Origin: Parvularcula sp.
GTDB taxonomy: Bacteria; Pseudomonadota; Alphaproteobacteria; Caulobacterales; Parvularculaceae
Direction of reading: 5' to 3'
Assembly (NCBI GenBank): GCA_002704915.1
Contig: PAIP01000034.1
Location: 5,827-69,826 of the forward strand
DNA length: 64,000 nt
Part shown: one piece after another, positions 25,996-35,593 of the stretch
Position numbering within the stretch: the first letter of the stretch is position 1
Layout: each line of letters opens with the position of its first letter
Translations under genes and position numbers: made by a program
The notes under the pieces: generated by a model
Databases searched by the model: none
What the model saw: the letters and a program-made list of their open reading frames with translations, nothing else
Told to the model about the DNA's origin: nothing

Positions 25996-26015
25996 CCTCG
26001 CTTGAACCAAGGAGG
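25996..26015 (+). promoter_or_regulatory. SD-sequestering hairpin with a bulged G (ROSE-like RNA thermometer candidate)
   Basis: CCTC(g)CTTG-AAC-CAAGGAGG forms 8 bp with one bulged G. The 3' arm is the hsp20 Shine-Dalgarno, 10 nt before ATG 26026. Confidence 0.45.
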
Positions 26016-26025
26016 ATACAAGCAA

Positions 26026-26487
26026 ATGCGTACTTTTGATCTAACCCCCCTCTATCGATCGACGGTCGGTTTCGACCGAGTCTTTGACCTGCTCGACAAT
26101 ATGGGCAAGGCCGAGACCGGCGGATACCCGCCCTATAATATCGAGCGTCTCGACGAAAATGATTACCGCATCACGCTTGCGGTCGCCGGCTTCTCTGAAG
26201 ATGAGCTGGACGTCGAGCTTCATGAAAACACCCTGACCGTCACCGGGTCCCGCAAGGATGACGAAGAAGGCCGCACGTTCCTGTATCAGGGCATCGCGGG
26301 CCGCTCGTTCCAGCGGCGTTTCCAGCTTGCCGAGCATGTGCAGGTCGCCGGCGCGTCCCTCGTGAACGGTCTCCTCAATGTCGAGTTGAAGCGGGAAATT
26401 CCGGAATCGGCGAAGCCGCGCAAGATTTCGATTTCCGGAGAGAAGGCTGAAAACGTCAAAATCCTCAAGGACGCGGACGCGGCCTGA
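26026..26487 (+). CDS. Hsp20/alpha-crystallin family small heat-shock protein
   Basis: MRTFDLTPLYRSTVGFDRVFDLL...YPPYNIE...YRITLAVAGF...LNVEL is the classical IbpA/HspA pattern. Confidence 0.92.
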   Translation: MRTFDLTPLYRSTVGFDRVFDLLDNMGKAETGGYPPYNIERLDENDYRITLAVAGFSEDELDVELHENTLTVTGSRKDDEEGRTFLYQGIAGRSFQRRFQLAEHVQVAGASLVNGLLNVELKREIPESAKPRKISISGEKAENVKILKDADAA

Positions 26488-26538
26488 GGGATTTTCACCC
26501 TTCAATTCCCTCTTTAATTGAAAATCCGAGATAAACGG

Positions 26539-26569
26539 GAGCGCGGGGATTTCCCCCGCGCTCTTTTTT
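26539..26569 (+). terminator. Rho-independent terminator after hsp20
   Basis: GAGCGCGGGG-ATTTC-CCCCGCGCTC followed by TTTTTT. Confidence 0.75.
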
Positions 26570-26613
26570 ATTCGCCGCCACCTTGATACCATGCGGAAGC
26601 TGAGCGGGAAGGG

Positions 26614-26868
26614 ATGGCGCTAATGGTTGTGTTGAGAATGGCGATGGCCGGTCTGGGTCTTGCGATGCTGGCCGCCTGCGCAACCCCGGAGCCAGTTGGC
26701 GATCAGTCGATCTCAATCCCTTACGACCCCTATGATTTCGACCCCGACGACTTGCAGGCGGAGGCCGACGCCCATTGCCGCGCTTATGGCCTGAGGGCGG
26801 TCTTCGACGGGGAGACGGCGAACCCCCATGAGGTGCGCTGGCGCTATCGCCATTATCGTTGCGTCTGA
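26614..26868 (+). CDS. small putative lipoprotein (84 aa)
   Basis: A signal peptide with an LAACA lipobox. I recognise no family. Confidence 0.5.
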   Translation: MALMVVLRMAMAGLGLAMLAACATPEPVGDQSISIPYDPYDFDPDDLQAEADAHCRAYGLRAVFDGETANPHEVRWRYRHYRCV

Positions 26869-26999
26869 TCGGGCTGACTTCACCTACATATTCCGCCGGG
26901 CTTTTTTACGGCTTCCAAGGATCAAGCTGACTTCCCATCTGGGCAGGTCACGATTGTCCCCCTGCGCTAAAGGCTGGGTCAGGGAAGGAGGCTTTCATC

Positions 27000-27839
27000 A
27001 TGGCCAAAGACAACAAGATCACCATTTACGATCTCCAGCTTTCAACCGGAGCAACCATCAGTCCGTTTGTCTGGGCGACGAAATATGCGCTCGCCCATAA
27101 GGGTTTCGAGTTGGATATCGTGCCCGGCGGCTTCACCGGCATCATGGAGCGCACCGGCGGCAAGACCGAACGCCTGCCCGCGATTGTGGATGACGGCAAA
27201 TGGGTGCTCGATAGCTGGGGCATCGTTGAATATCTCGATGAGACCTATCCGGACCGTCCGGCGCTTATCCCGCATCCTGGCATCGCCACGCTGACGCGCG
27301 CGCTCGACACCTGGTTCTGGGGCGCCGCGGTCGGTCCGTGGATGCGCTGTTACTGCAAGGACTATCGCGACCTCTCTCTGCCGCAGGATCATGAATATGT
27401 GACGTCGACTCGCGAAAACATGCTGGGCTCGACGCTGGAAGACATGCAGGCCGGTCGCGAAGACCGGTTGCCGGGCATCTCGCTGGCGCTCGAGCCGTTG
27501 CGCAAGGCGCTTTACGAAGCGAAATGGCTGGGCGGCGACGAGCCGAACTATGCAGATTATCGTATTCTCGGCGGCTTCCTTTTCACGGCCTCTGTGGCGA
27601 AGATACCGGCGCTTGCCGATGACGACCCCTTACGCGACTGGGTGGATCGCTGTCTCGATCTTTATGGTGGTCTCGGACGTCATCCGGGCCTGTTCCCGCT
27701 CTTCGGGCTCAAAACCAAAGAGGGCGATCCTGATCCGTGGATGAAGGGCGGCCCCTGGGGCGGTCAGGCGAAACGCAATACGGGACCTGAGTCCACCCGC
27801 GCAGAGACCGAAGCGATCACGAAGTCGAAAGCAAGCTGA
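27000..27839 (+). CDS. glutathione S-transferase family protein
   Basis: An N-terminal thioredoxin-like GST fold (ISPFVWATKYAL...LPAIVDDGKWVLDSWGIVEYLDETYP). Confidence 0.8.
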   Translation: MAKDNKITIYDLQLSTGATISPFVWATKYALAHKGFELDIVPGGFTGIMERTGGKTERLPAIVDDGKWVLDSWGIVEYLDETYPDRPALIPHPGIATLTRALDTWFWGAAVGPWMRCYCKDYRDLSLPQDHEYVTSTRENMLGSTLEDMQAGREDRLPGISLALEPLRKALYEAKWLGGDEPNYADYRILGGFLFTASVAKIPALADDDPLRDWVDRCLDLYGGLGRHPGLFPLFGLKTKEGDPDPWMKGGPWGGQAKRNTGPESTRAETEAITKSKAS

Positions 27840-27872
27840 AGCGTTGCGAAAGCGCGGCGATCGCCTGCCCGA

Positions 27873-28667
27873 CTAGGCGCCGCCCGCGATCAACGCTTTC
27901 GCTTCTTCGTAGAGCTCGGCATTGGCGGCGAGGATCGATCCGGCGGTGAGAAAGTTTCTGCCGCCTTCGATCTCCGACACCATGCCGCCCGCTTCGCGCA
28001 CGAGAACGGCGCCGGCGGCGACGTCCCATATATTCAGATCGCGCTCCCAGAACGCATCGAAGCGTCCGGCCGCCACAAAAGCGAGATCGAGCGCAGCGGC
28101 GCCGAAGCGGCGCACGCCGGCTGTTTTTTCAAGAACGCGCTCGGTTTCCTCCAGGGCGCGTGTGCGACCCGGCCGTCCGGCGAAGGGAAGCCCGCAGGCG
28201 AAAAGCGATGCGCTGAGGTCATCGCGGCCGGAGACGCGAATGCGGCGGTCATTGAGATAGGCGCCTTCGCCTTTTTCCGCCCAGAAAAGTTCATCCGTGA
28301 CCGGATTGAAGACGACGCCTGCATAAGGCTGACGGTCGCGTTCCAGCGCGATTGAGATAGCAAATTGCGGCAGCCCGTGAAGAAAATTTGTCGTGCCGTC
28401 GAGCGGATCGACAATCCAGCGATTGGAATTGTCCGAGCCTTCGATCTCGCCGCGCTCCTCCATGATGAACCCGTATTTGGGGCGGGCCCGCGACAGTTCC
28501 TCGAAAATATCCTGCTCGGCCTTGTGGTCGGCGCGGGAGACGAAATCGGCGGCGCCCTTGCGCGAGACCTGAAGCGCCTGGGTCTCGCCGAAATCGCGAA
28601 TGAGGCCGCGGGCGGCCTTGCGCGCGGCATTGATCATCACGGTCATAAGGGCGGAAGCGTGGGGCAT
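27873..28667 (-). CDS. suhB: inositol monophosphatase
   Basis: FVSRADHKAE...EERG...WIVDPLDGTTNF...WDVAAG are IMPase motifs with a SuhB-like N-terminus. Confidence 0.85.
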   Translation of the reverse strand: MPHASALMTVMINAARKAARGLIRDFGETQALQVSRKGAADFVSRADHKAEQDIFEELSRARPKYGFIMEERGEIEGSDNSNRWIVDPLDGTTNFLHGLPQFAISIALERDRQPYAGVVFNPVTDELFWAEKGEGAYLNDRRIRVSGRDDLSASLFACGLPFAGRPGRTRALEETERVLEKTAGVRRFGAAALDLAFVAAGRFDAFWERDLNIWDVAAGAVLVREAGGMVSEIEGGRNFLTAGSILAANAELYEEAKALIAGGA

Positions 28668-28834
28668 GGAGAGGTCCGGCGGATTGGGGCGGAGAATAGG
28701 CGGCGCACCATAGCGATGGCGGCGCGGGGCGCAAGCATCCCCTTAATCTTTCACCCGCTAATGTCGCCAGCGCCATCGAACCGGGCTAAGCCGCGGGAGA
28801 GCGTCGCGGGGCGGCCCCATCTCGGAAGCGTCAG

Positions 28835-30346
28835 ATGTCAGAACCCTTAACGCCGTCTCCTGAAAACGCCTCGCTGACGGCGCGCGTGGCGCGCGGCGCG
28901 GCGTGGATTTTCGGGGCGGGGATCGCAGCCCGGCTGTTGGGCGCGCTCAACACAATCATCGTCGCCCGCCTTCTCGTTCCTGAGGATATCGGCATCGTCG
29001 CGACTGCGACCGTCGCCATGCAGCTCTTACAGGGAATCTCCGATATCGGCGTTTCGCAGGCGGTAGTGAAGTTTCGCGATGCGGACCGGGACGATCTCGA
29101 CACGCTTTTCTCCCTGTCGGTCATGCGCGGTCTTTTTATCGGCGCGCTCTTGTTTGCCGCGGCGCCGCTGGCGGCTGAGTTTTACGGCGACCCGAGATTA
29201 TTCTGGGCGTTTTCCGCTGTAGCCCTTTTTCCGGTGCTGACCGGATTTCTCAATCCGCGCTTTTACGAATTCGAACGCGATCTCAAATTCTCGCGGGAGT
29301 TCATCGTCACGATTTTGAACCGGATCGCCGGCGTCGCCATATCTCTCACTATCGCCATCATCTTTCGCACCTATTGGGCGATCATCGGCGGCATGCTGGC
29401 GAGCGCGCTCGTGCAATTATCGCTTTCTTATCTGCTGCGCCCGCACGCGCCCCGTTTCACCTTCAAGTCCTTGCGCAAAGTGTTTGGATTTTCCGGTTGG
29501 CTCGCGGGCGTCAGTTTCATGGCGGCGCTTAACAACAAGCTGGACGTCCCGATTCTGACCCGGCTTGCGGGAACTGGCGGCGCAGGCGTTTATTTTCTGG
29601 GCCTTCAATTGTCGGAAATGGTCGCAGGCCAGATCGCCGCGCCCCTGACCCGGGCCATCTATCCGGGGTTGTCGGAATTGCAAGAGGAGCCGGAGCGGAT
29701 GCGCGCCGGCTTCCTGAAAGGCGTCGAGGCGCTTGGCGCCTTCGCCATGCCGGCGGCGTTCGGCCTCGCCTTTACGGCGCCCGATCTCACCCTGGTGGTT
29801 CTCGGTGAGAAATGGCGCGGCGCGGTTCCGGCAATTGAATTCCTGGCGCCGGTGATTGGGTTGCAATCTTTGTTTTATGCAACACAAGCATACGCCGTCG
29901 CCCTGGGCCTCACGCGGCTTGTTTTCTTCCGTGAGCTGATCTTTTTTATCCTGCGCATGCCGGTCTTCTTGTGGGCGGCGCTGGCGCACGGGCTTAATGG
30001 GGCGATCCTCGCCGCCGCCGGCATGGGGCTGTTCCATGTCTTTCTCAATCTCGCGCTCTATGCCCGGGCGAGCGGCGCGCCCTTCTGGGAGCCCGTGGCG
30101 GCGGCGCGCCGTCCCATCGGGGCGGTCGGCGCCATGGCGATCTGGTTTCTGCTCATTCGCCCGCATCTTGGGCCCGTTGACGGTCTGGCGCCATTTCTGA
30201 GGCTTCTGGCCGATATTGTGGCGGGCGTCCTTGTCTATGCGGGCGCGCTCTTCACCCTGTGGCGGCTTCAGGGCGCGCCCGACGGCATTGAGCGCCGCAT
30301 CCTTTCCGCAGGGTCAACGGCAGTGCGAAAATTTTCAAAAAACTGA
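28835..30346 (+). CDS. polysaccharide/oligosaccharide flippase (MOP/Wzx-type) membrane protein
   Basis: A 503-aa polytopic membrane protein with an N-terminal pattern typical of polysaccharide biosynthesis (PST family) exporters. Confidence 0.7.
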   Translation: MSEPLTPSPENASLTARVARGAAWIFGAGIAARLLGALNTIIVARLLVPEDIGIVATATVAMQLLQGISDIGVSQAVVKFRDADRDDLDTLFSLSVMRGLFIGALLFAAAPLAAEFYGDPRLFWAFSAVALFPVLTGFLNPRFYEFERDLKFSREFIVTILNRIAGVAISLTIAIIFRTYWAIIGGMLASALVQLSLSYLLRPHAPRFTFKSLRKVFGFSGWLAGVSFMAALNNKLDVPILTRLAGTGGAGVYFLGLQLSEMVAGQIAAPLTRAIYPGLSELQEEPERMRAGFLKGVEALGAFAMPAAFGLAFTAPDLTLVVLGEKWRGAVPAIEFLAPVIGLQSLFYATQAYAVALGLTRLVFFRELIFFILRMPVFLWAALAHGLNGAILAAAGMGLFHVFLNLALYARASGAPFWEPVAAARRPIGAVGAMAIWFLLIRPHLGPVDGLAPFLRLLADIVAGVLVYAGALFTLWRLQGAPDGIERRILSAGSTAVRKFSKN

Positions 30347-30454
30347 GCCGCCAAAGAATTTTGAGGCGGCAACTGCGTCTTTCGGTTCCGCGCTCCTGCG
30401 CCTTCGGCTAGGAAGAGAGCAGGGACAATACAAGGGTAAGGGACGATATCGACC

Positions 30455-32164
30455 ATGGCCGATATGGCGCCGCTCGATCCGGCGAAGACCGCCGCTGCGG
30501 CTTTCAAGCTGCTTTCAGAAAATCCCATGTTCAAAGTGGGCGAGGCCGAAATCCGGGGGAATGTGTACCGGGTTTTCGAGAATGCGCCGCCCAGCCTCGC
30601 CGCGCTGTTCGCCCAGGGCGCCGCAACTCATGGCGAAAAAGAGTTCCTCATTTTCGAAGACGAACGCGTCAGTTCTGCAGAGTTGTGGCGGCGCGCCTGC
30701 CGTCTCGCCCATGCGCTGCAGGACGAACTCGGCGTGAAGCAGGGCGACAAGGTCGCCCTCGCCATGCGCAATTTTCCCGAATGGTGCGTCACCTATATGG
30801 CGGTGATCGCGCTGGGCGGCGTTATTGTGCCGTTAAATGCCTGGTGGAAGGATGAGGAGCTGCATTACGGGCTTGAGGATTGCGGCGCGAAGATCGTGAT
30901 CGCCGACGCTCGGCGCCTTGAATATCTCCTCCCGTCCAAGAAAGACCTGGGTCTGACGCTGGTGCTCGCCCGAGAGGACGCAGACGGGGCGGACTATCGG
31001 TTTGAAGATCTTCTGGAGCGCTCGAATAACGACTCCATGCCGGCGGTGGATATCCACCCGGACGACGATTTCTGCATCGTCTACACCTCAGGCTCCACGG
31101 GCCATCCCAAAGGCGTCGTTCTCACCCATCGCGGGGCGATTTCCGCGCTCTTTTCCTGGTCTTTCGTAGCGGCGATCTTGAAAGAGCTGCGTGACGGCGT
31201 GAGTCCTTTTGGCGACAATCCGGGAATTCTTCTCGGCATTCCGCTGTTTCATGTCACCGGCTCGCATTCGATCTTTCTGCTTTCCTATATGGTCGGGCGG
31301 CGCGTCGTCATGATGTATCGCTGGGATCCGAAGGAAGCCGCCGCGGTCATTAACCGCGAGAAACTCACCAATTTTGTCGGCGTCCCCAGTCAGTCTTTTG
31401 AGTTGATGCAGGCGGTTGGGCCGGAGGGACTGCCTACCTTGATCGACATCGCCGCCGGCGGCGCGAAACGCCCCGCCGATCATGTAAAAAAACTCGCGGA
31501 GAAATTTCAGAACGGCAAGCCGTCATCGGGTTACGGGTTGTCGGAAACCAATGCGCTCGGATGCGTGATCTCGCAAGGGGATTATCAGCTTCGGCCCGAC
31601 TCTACAGGCCGGCCCGTGCCGCCGGTGACCGACATCAAGATCGTCAAGGACGGGGAAGACCAGCCGGCCGGAAGCGTCGGCGAAGTCTGGATCAGAAGCC
31701 CGGCCAATTTCCGCGGCTATCACAATTTGCCTGAGGAAACGGCCAAGTCGATCACATCGGACGGCTGGTTCCGCACCGGGGATCTCGGCAGGATGGATGA
31801 GGAAGGCTATCTTTATATTGTCGACCGCCTAAAAGATCTCATCATTCGGGGCGGCGAAAACATCTCCTGTCTGGAGGTTGAAAACCGCGTTTACGAACAT
31901 GGCGATGTGGCCGAGGCCGTGGTGTTTTCCGTCCCTGACGAGGTTTTGGGCGAGCGCGTGGGGCTTGTCGTCTATCCGAAAGAGGGCATGACCATCGACG
32001 CCGCCGATTTGCGAGAGTTTCTTGCGGAAGAGCTGGCGGCCTTCAAGGTTCCGGAACGCATCTGGATATCGCCGTCGAAGCTGCCGCGTCTCGGCACGGC
32101 GAAATTCGACAAGATCACCGTCAGGAAGATCGCGCTTCAGCATCCTCCAGCGCTTTCTGTCTAA
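30455..32164 (+). CDS. AMP-dependent acyl-CoA synthetase/ligase
   Basis: The YTSGSTGHPKGV AMP-binding motif, YGLSET and GWFRTGDLG motifs. Confidence 0.92.
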   Translation: MADMAPLDPAKTAAAAFKLLSENPMFKVGEAEIRGNVYRVFENAPPSLAALFAQGAATHGEKEFLIFEDERVSSAELWRRACRLAHALQDELGVKQGDKVALAMRNFPEWCVTYMAVIALGGVIVPLNAWWKDEELHYGLEDCGAKIVIADARRLEYLLPSKKDLGLTLVLAREDADGADYRFEDLLERSNNDSMPAVDIHPDDDFCIVYTSGSTGHPKGVVLTHRGAISALFSWSFVAAILKELRDGVSPFGDNPGILLGIPLFHVTGSHSIFLLSYMVGRRVVMMYRWDPKEAAAVINREKLTNFVGVPSQSFELMQAVGPEGLPTLIDIAAGGAKRPADHVKKLAEKFQNGKPSSGYGLSETNALGCVISQGDYQLRPDSTGRPVPPVTDIKIVKDGEDQPAGSVGEVWIRSPANFRGYHNLPEETAKSITSDGWFRTGDLGRMDEEGYLYIVDRLKDLIIRGGENISCLEVENRVYEHGDVAEAVVFSVPDEVLGERVGLVVYPKEGMTIDAADLREFLAEELAAFKVPERIWISPSKLPRLGTAKFDKITVRKIALQHPPALSV

Positions 32165-32242
32165 CCCTCCCGCGAGCGTACTGCACTGCATAAAGCGCTT
32201 GCGTCGACCGCGCCAGCGTCCGACAAACGCGGCTGACCTAAA

Positions 32243-33466
32243 TTGCAAAAGGGTAGGCTGGCGATGAGCGATCTTGAAACCTTCCGCGCGGAAGCGCGGG
32301 CGTGGCTTGAAGAAAACTGCCCCAGGGAAATGCGCGACGGCGCGGGCGGCGAGGAAAACATCTGCTGGGGCGGCAAGCGCTGGCAATTCCAGTCTGAGGC
32401 GCAGAAAACCTGGCTTAACCGCATGGCCGAAAAAGGCTGGACCGTCCCCGCCTGGCCGAAGGAATATGGCGGCGGCGGTCTTTCCAAGGAAGAAGTCAAG
32501 GTTCTGAAAGAGGAGATGCGCAAGCTGAAATGCCGCTCTCCCCTGGAAAGCTTCGGCATCTGGATGCTTGGGCCTGCGCTGTTGAAATATGGCACGCATG
32601 AGCAAAAGCTGCATTTCCTGCCGCCCATTGCGCGCGGCGAAATCCGGTGGTGCCAGGGTTATTCCGAACCGAACGCCGGCTCCGATCTCGCCTCGCTTCA
32701 GTGCAAATGTGAGGACAAGGGCGATCACTGGCTGATCAACGGTCAGAAAATCTGGACGTCCTACGCCGATGAAAGCGACTGGATTTTCGTGCTTGTCCGC
32801 ACTGATCCGAAAGCGACGAAGCACACGGGCATCAGCTTCATTCTGGTCGACATGGACCAGAAGGGCGTCTCGACGAAACCGATCAAGCTGATTTCCGGCA
32901 AGTCGCCCTTCTGCGAAACTTTCTTCGATGATGCAACCACGCCGAAGGAGCATGCGCCGGGCGTCTCCGCCATTGTCGGTGAAATGAACAAGGGCTGGGA
33001 CGTTGCGAAATATCTCCTGACCCATGAACGCGAAATGATTTCCGCAGGCGGCGGCGGTCTTCTCGGCGGCCGCGGCATGGGCGAGGTCGCGGCAAATGAT
33101 ATCGGTCTTGAAAACGGCAAGCTTTCCGATCCGCTCCTGCGCGCGAAAATCGCGCAGGCCGAAATCGACGGCTGGGCGTTTCTTCTGACACTCGAACGCA
33201 TGAAAGACGAAGCAAAAGCCGGTCAGGGCGTCGGCGCGAATTCGTCTATGCTCAAATATTACGGCACCGAGTTCAACAAGCGCCGCTTTGAAATCCTTAT
33301 GGATATTGGCGGCTCCGACGAACTCGAATGGGAAGGGCAGCGCACCAAAGACGGCAAGCTCGCCCGCGGCTGGCTCCGTACGAAAGCCAACTCTATCGAA
33401 GGCGGCACCTCCGAGGTGCAGCTCAACGTCATCGCCAAACGTATTCTCGAACTGCCGGGTGCTTAA
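32243..33466 (+). CDS. acyl-CoA dehydrogenase family protein
   Basis: The ACAD layout with QGYSEPNAGSDLASL and the C-terminal IEGGTSEVQLNVIA. Confidence 0.9.
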   Translation: MQKGRLAMSDLETFRAEARAWLEENCPREMRDGAGGEENICWGGKRWQFQSEAQKTWLNRMAEKGWTVPAWPKEYGGGGLSKEEVKVLKEEMRKLKCRSPLESFGIWMLGPALLKYGTHEQKLHFLPPIARGEIRWCQGYSEPNAGSDLASLQCKCEDKGDHWLINGQKIWTSYADESDWIFVLVRTDPKATKHTGISFILVDMDQKGVSTKPIKLISGKSPFCETFFDDATTPKEHAPGVSAIVGEMNKGWDVAKYLLTHEREMISAGGGGLLGGRGMGEVAANDIGLENGKLSDPLLRAKIAQAEIDGWAFLLTLERMKDEAKAGQGVGANSSMLKYYGTEFNKRRFEILMDIGGSDELEWEGQRTKDGKLARGWLRTKANSIEGGTSEVQLNVIAKRILELPGA

Positions 33467-33490
33467 GAAACCGCGCGTAAAGGAAGTCCA

Positions 33491-34630
33491 ATGCCTCTCG
33501 TCCTCACCGAAGAACAGGAAATGCTGCGCGAGTCAGCGCACGGGTTTCTGGAGCAGAAAGCCCCGGTCTCCGCCTTGCGCAAATTGCGCGACACGAACGA
33601 TCCGGACGGTTTCGATCGCGGTCTCTGGAAAGAGATGGCGGAAATGGGGTGGGCCGGCATCCTTATTGACGAGGAACATGGCGGCGCCGATTTCGGTTTC
33701 GTCGGCGCTGGCGTGCTCGCCGAAGAAATGGGCCGTACGCTGACGGCCTCGCCTTTTCTGTCGACATCGATCCTTGCGGCGACGGCGCTGAAAAAGCTCG
33801 GGAGCGATCCGCAGAAACAGGCCACCCTGCCGAAGATCGCGGCGGGTGAGGCGCTCTATGCGCTGGCTGTGGACGAGACCCGCAAACACGGTCCCGCAAA
33901 AACCGCCATGAAAGCGGAAAAGCACGGCAATGGCTTCAAGCTGTCCGGCGACAAGACGTTTGTCGCTGACGGCCATGTCGCCGACAAGATCATCGTTGCG
34001 GCCCGCTCCGCTGGCGCGCCGGGCGAGCAGGACGGGCTGACGCTGTTTCTCATCGACGCAAAGTCGAAAGGCATTGAGATCGAACGGACGCAAATGGTCG
34101 ACAGCCGCAACGCCGCGCGTATCAAATTCGACGGCGTCGAGGCGACAGGAGACGACGTTCTCGGCGAAGTCGATGGCGGCTATATGGCGCTCGAAGGCGT
34201 TTTGAACGCCGGACGGGCCGGGCTCGCTGCTGAAATGTCGGGTTCCGCGCAGCAGGCCTTTGGGATGACGGTGAATTACCTGAAAGAACGCAAGCAGTTC
34301 GGGACGGAAATCGGTTCCTTCCAGGCGTTGCAACACAGGGCTGCGCATCTTTATTCTGAAATCGAGCTTGCGAAATCCGCGGTTCTCAAAGCCTTGCAGG
34401 ATCTCGACGCCCATTACGGCATGGCGGGGCCCATCTGTTCTCTGGCGAAGGCCAAAGCGGGCGAGGTTGCGAAACTCGCAAGCCAGGAAGCCGTGCAGAT
34501 GCATGGCGGCATCGGCATGACCGACGAATATGACATTGGCTTTTATATGAAGCGCATCCGCGTGGCGCAGGAAATGTTCGGCGATGCTGCTTTTCATGCC
34601 GACCGGCTCGCGCAAATGCGCGGCTATTGA
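33491..34630 (+). CDS. acyl-CoA dehydrogenase family protein (second subunit/paralogue)
   Basis: An ACAD fold (ERKQFGTEIGSFQALQHRAA...QMHGGIGMTDE) directly downstream of the first ACAD. Confidence 0.9.
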   Translation: MPLVLTEEQEMLRESAHGFLEQKAPVSALRKLRDTNDPDGFDRGLWKEMAEMGWAGILIDEEHGGADFGFVGAGVLAEEMGRTLTASPFLSTSILAATALKKLGSDPQKQATLPKIAAGEALYALAVDETRKHGPAKTAMKAEKHGNGFKLSGDKTFVADGHVADKIIVAARSAGAPGEQDGLTLFLIDAKSKGIEIERTQMVDSRNAARIKFDGVEATGDDVLGEVDGGYMALEGVLNAGRAGLAAEMSGSAQQAFGMTVNYLKERKQFGTEIGSFQALQHRAAHLYSEIELAKSAVLKALQDLDAHYGMAGPICSLAKAKAGEVAKLASQEAVQMHGGIGMTDEYDIGFYMKRIRVAQEMFGDAAFHADRLAQMRGY

Positions 34631-34666
34631 TATAGGCGGTGCGCCGCAGTTTGTGAGAGAGAGCCG

Positions 34667-35122
34667 ATGCCCGCAACGACGCCCGACAAAATCGCCGACT
34701 TTGTCGGCAAGGAAACCGGTGTTTCCGACTGGATTGTCATCGATCAGGAGCGGATCGATAAATTCGCCGATGTGACCGAAGATCACCAGTTCATCCATAT
34801 CAACCCGGAAGCGGCGGCGAAAACGCCCTTCGGAACCACCATCGCCCACGGCTTTCTGACGCTTTCCATGTTGTCCAAGCTTGCGTCGGGAAGTGTTGTC
34901 GTCCTTGAGGGCGTCAAGATGGGCGTCAATTACGGCTTTGAAAAAGTACGCTTCGTCAATCCGGTGAAGTCGGGCCAGAAAATTCGCGGCCGCTTCACCC
35001 TGATGTCGGCGGATACGAAAGTGCCGGGCCAATGGACGCTGAAATATGCAGTCAAGGTTGAGATCGAGGGCGAGACAAAGCCCGCCCTTGTCGCTGAATG
35101 GCTGACCATGCAGTTCGTCTGA
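34667..35122 (+). CDS. MaoC-like (R)-specific enoyl-CoA hydratase
   Basis: The hot-dog fold motif FADVTEDHQFIHINPEAA...TIAHGF. Confidence 0.85.
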   Translation: MPATTPDKIADFVGKETGVSDWIVIDQERIDKFADVTEDHQFIHINPEAAAKTPFGTTIAHGFLTLSMLSKLASGSVVVLEGVKMGVNYGFEKVRFVNPVKSGQKIRGRFTLMSADTKVPGQWTLKYAVKVEIEGETKPALVAEWLTMQFV

Positions 35123-35134
35123 GGAAAGATTTGC

Positions 35135-35581
35135 ATGTCTGAACATGTCGCAGACATCGCCTGGGAGCGCGAAACGGAAAGTTTCGCCTATGACGATTAC
35201 AACCGCACCCATGTCTGGCGTTTCGACAATGGCCTTGAAATCGCAGCCGCCGCGGCGCCGGCCTATCTCGGCGATCCCTCTTGCCTCGACCCGGAAGAGG
35301 CGTTTGTCGCCTCCGTTTCAAGCTGTCACATGCTGACTTTTCTTGCGATTGCAGCGCGCAAGCGCCTGACTGTCGACGCCTATGAGGATCATGCGGTGGG
35401 GCGTATGGAGAAGAACGAGGACGGGCGCCTTGCAATCACCCGCATCGATTTGCATCCCAAAATCAGATTCGCCGACGGCGTTGAGGTGAACGCGCAAGCC
35501 CTCGACAAGATGCATCACGCGGCCCACGAACAATGTTTCATCGCCAATTCGGTGAAGACCGAGATTGTCGTCAACACTTGA
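35135..35581 (+). CDS. OsmC/Ohr family protein
   Basis: A 148-aa protein with two conserved Cys contexts (SSCHMLTF and EQCFIANS) typical of OsmC-like peroxiredoxins. Confidence 0.75.
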   Translation: MSEHVADIAWERETESFAYDDYNRTHVWRFDNGLEIAAAAAPAYLGDPSCLDPEEAFVASVSSCHMLTFLAIAARKRLTVDAYEDHAVGRMEKNEDGRLAITRIDLHPKIRFADGVEVNAQALDKMHHAAHEQCFIANSVKTEIVVNT

Positions 35582-35593
35582 AGGAGAGTTCCC

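Noticed and set aside
33533-35212. Very long antisense ORFs: 33533..35212 minus (559 aa), 31829..33025 minus, 12037..13008 minus, 45006..45833 minus, 41524..42417 plus, 20325..21053 minus, 37533..38426 minus and many shorter ones.
   Set aside because: Each lies opposite a gene with clear family motifs. Their translations are Arg/Ala/Gly/Pro-rich low-complexity strings without motifs. These are the shadow ORFs expected in high-GC DNA.
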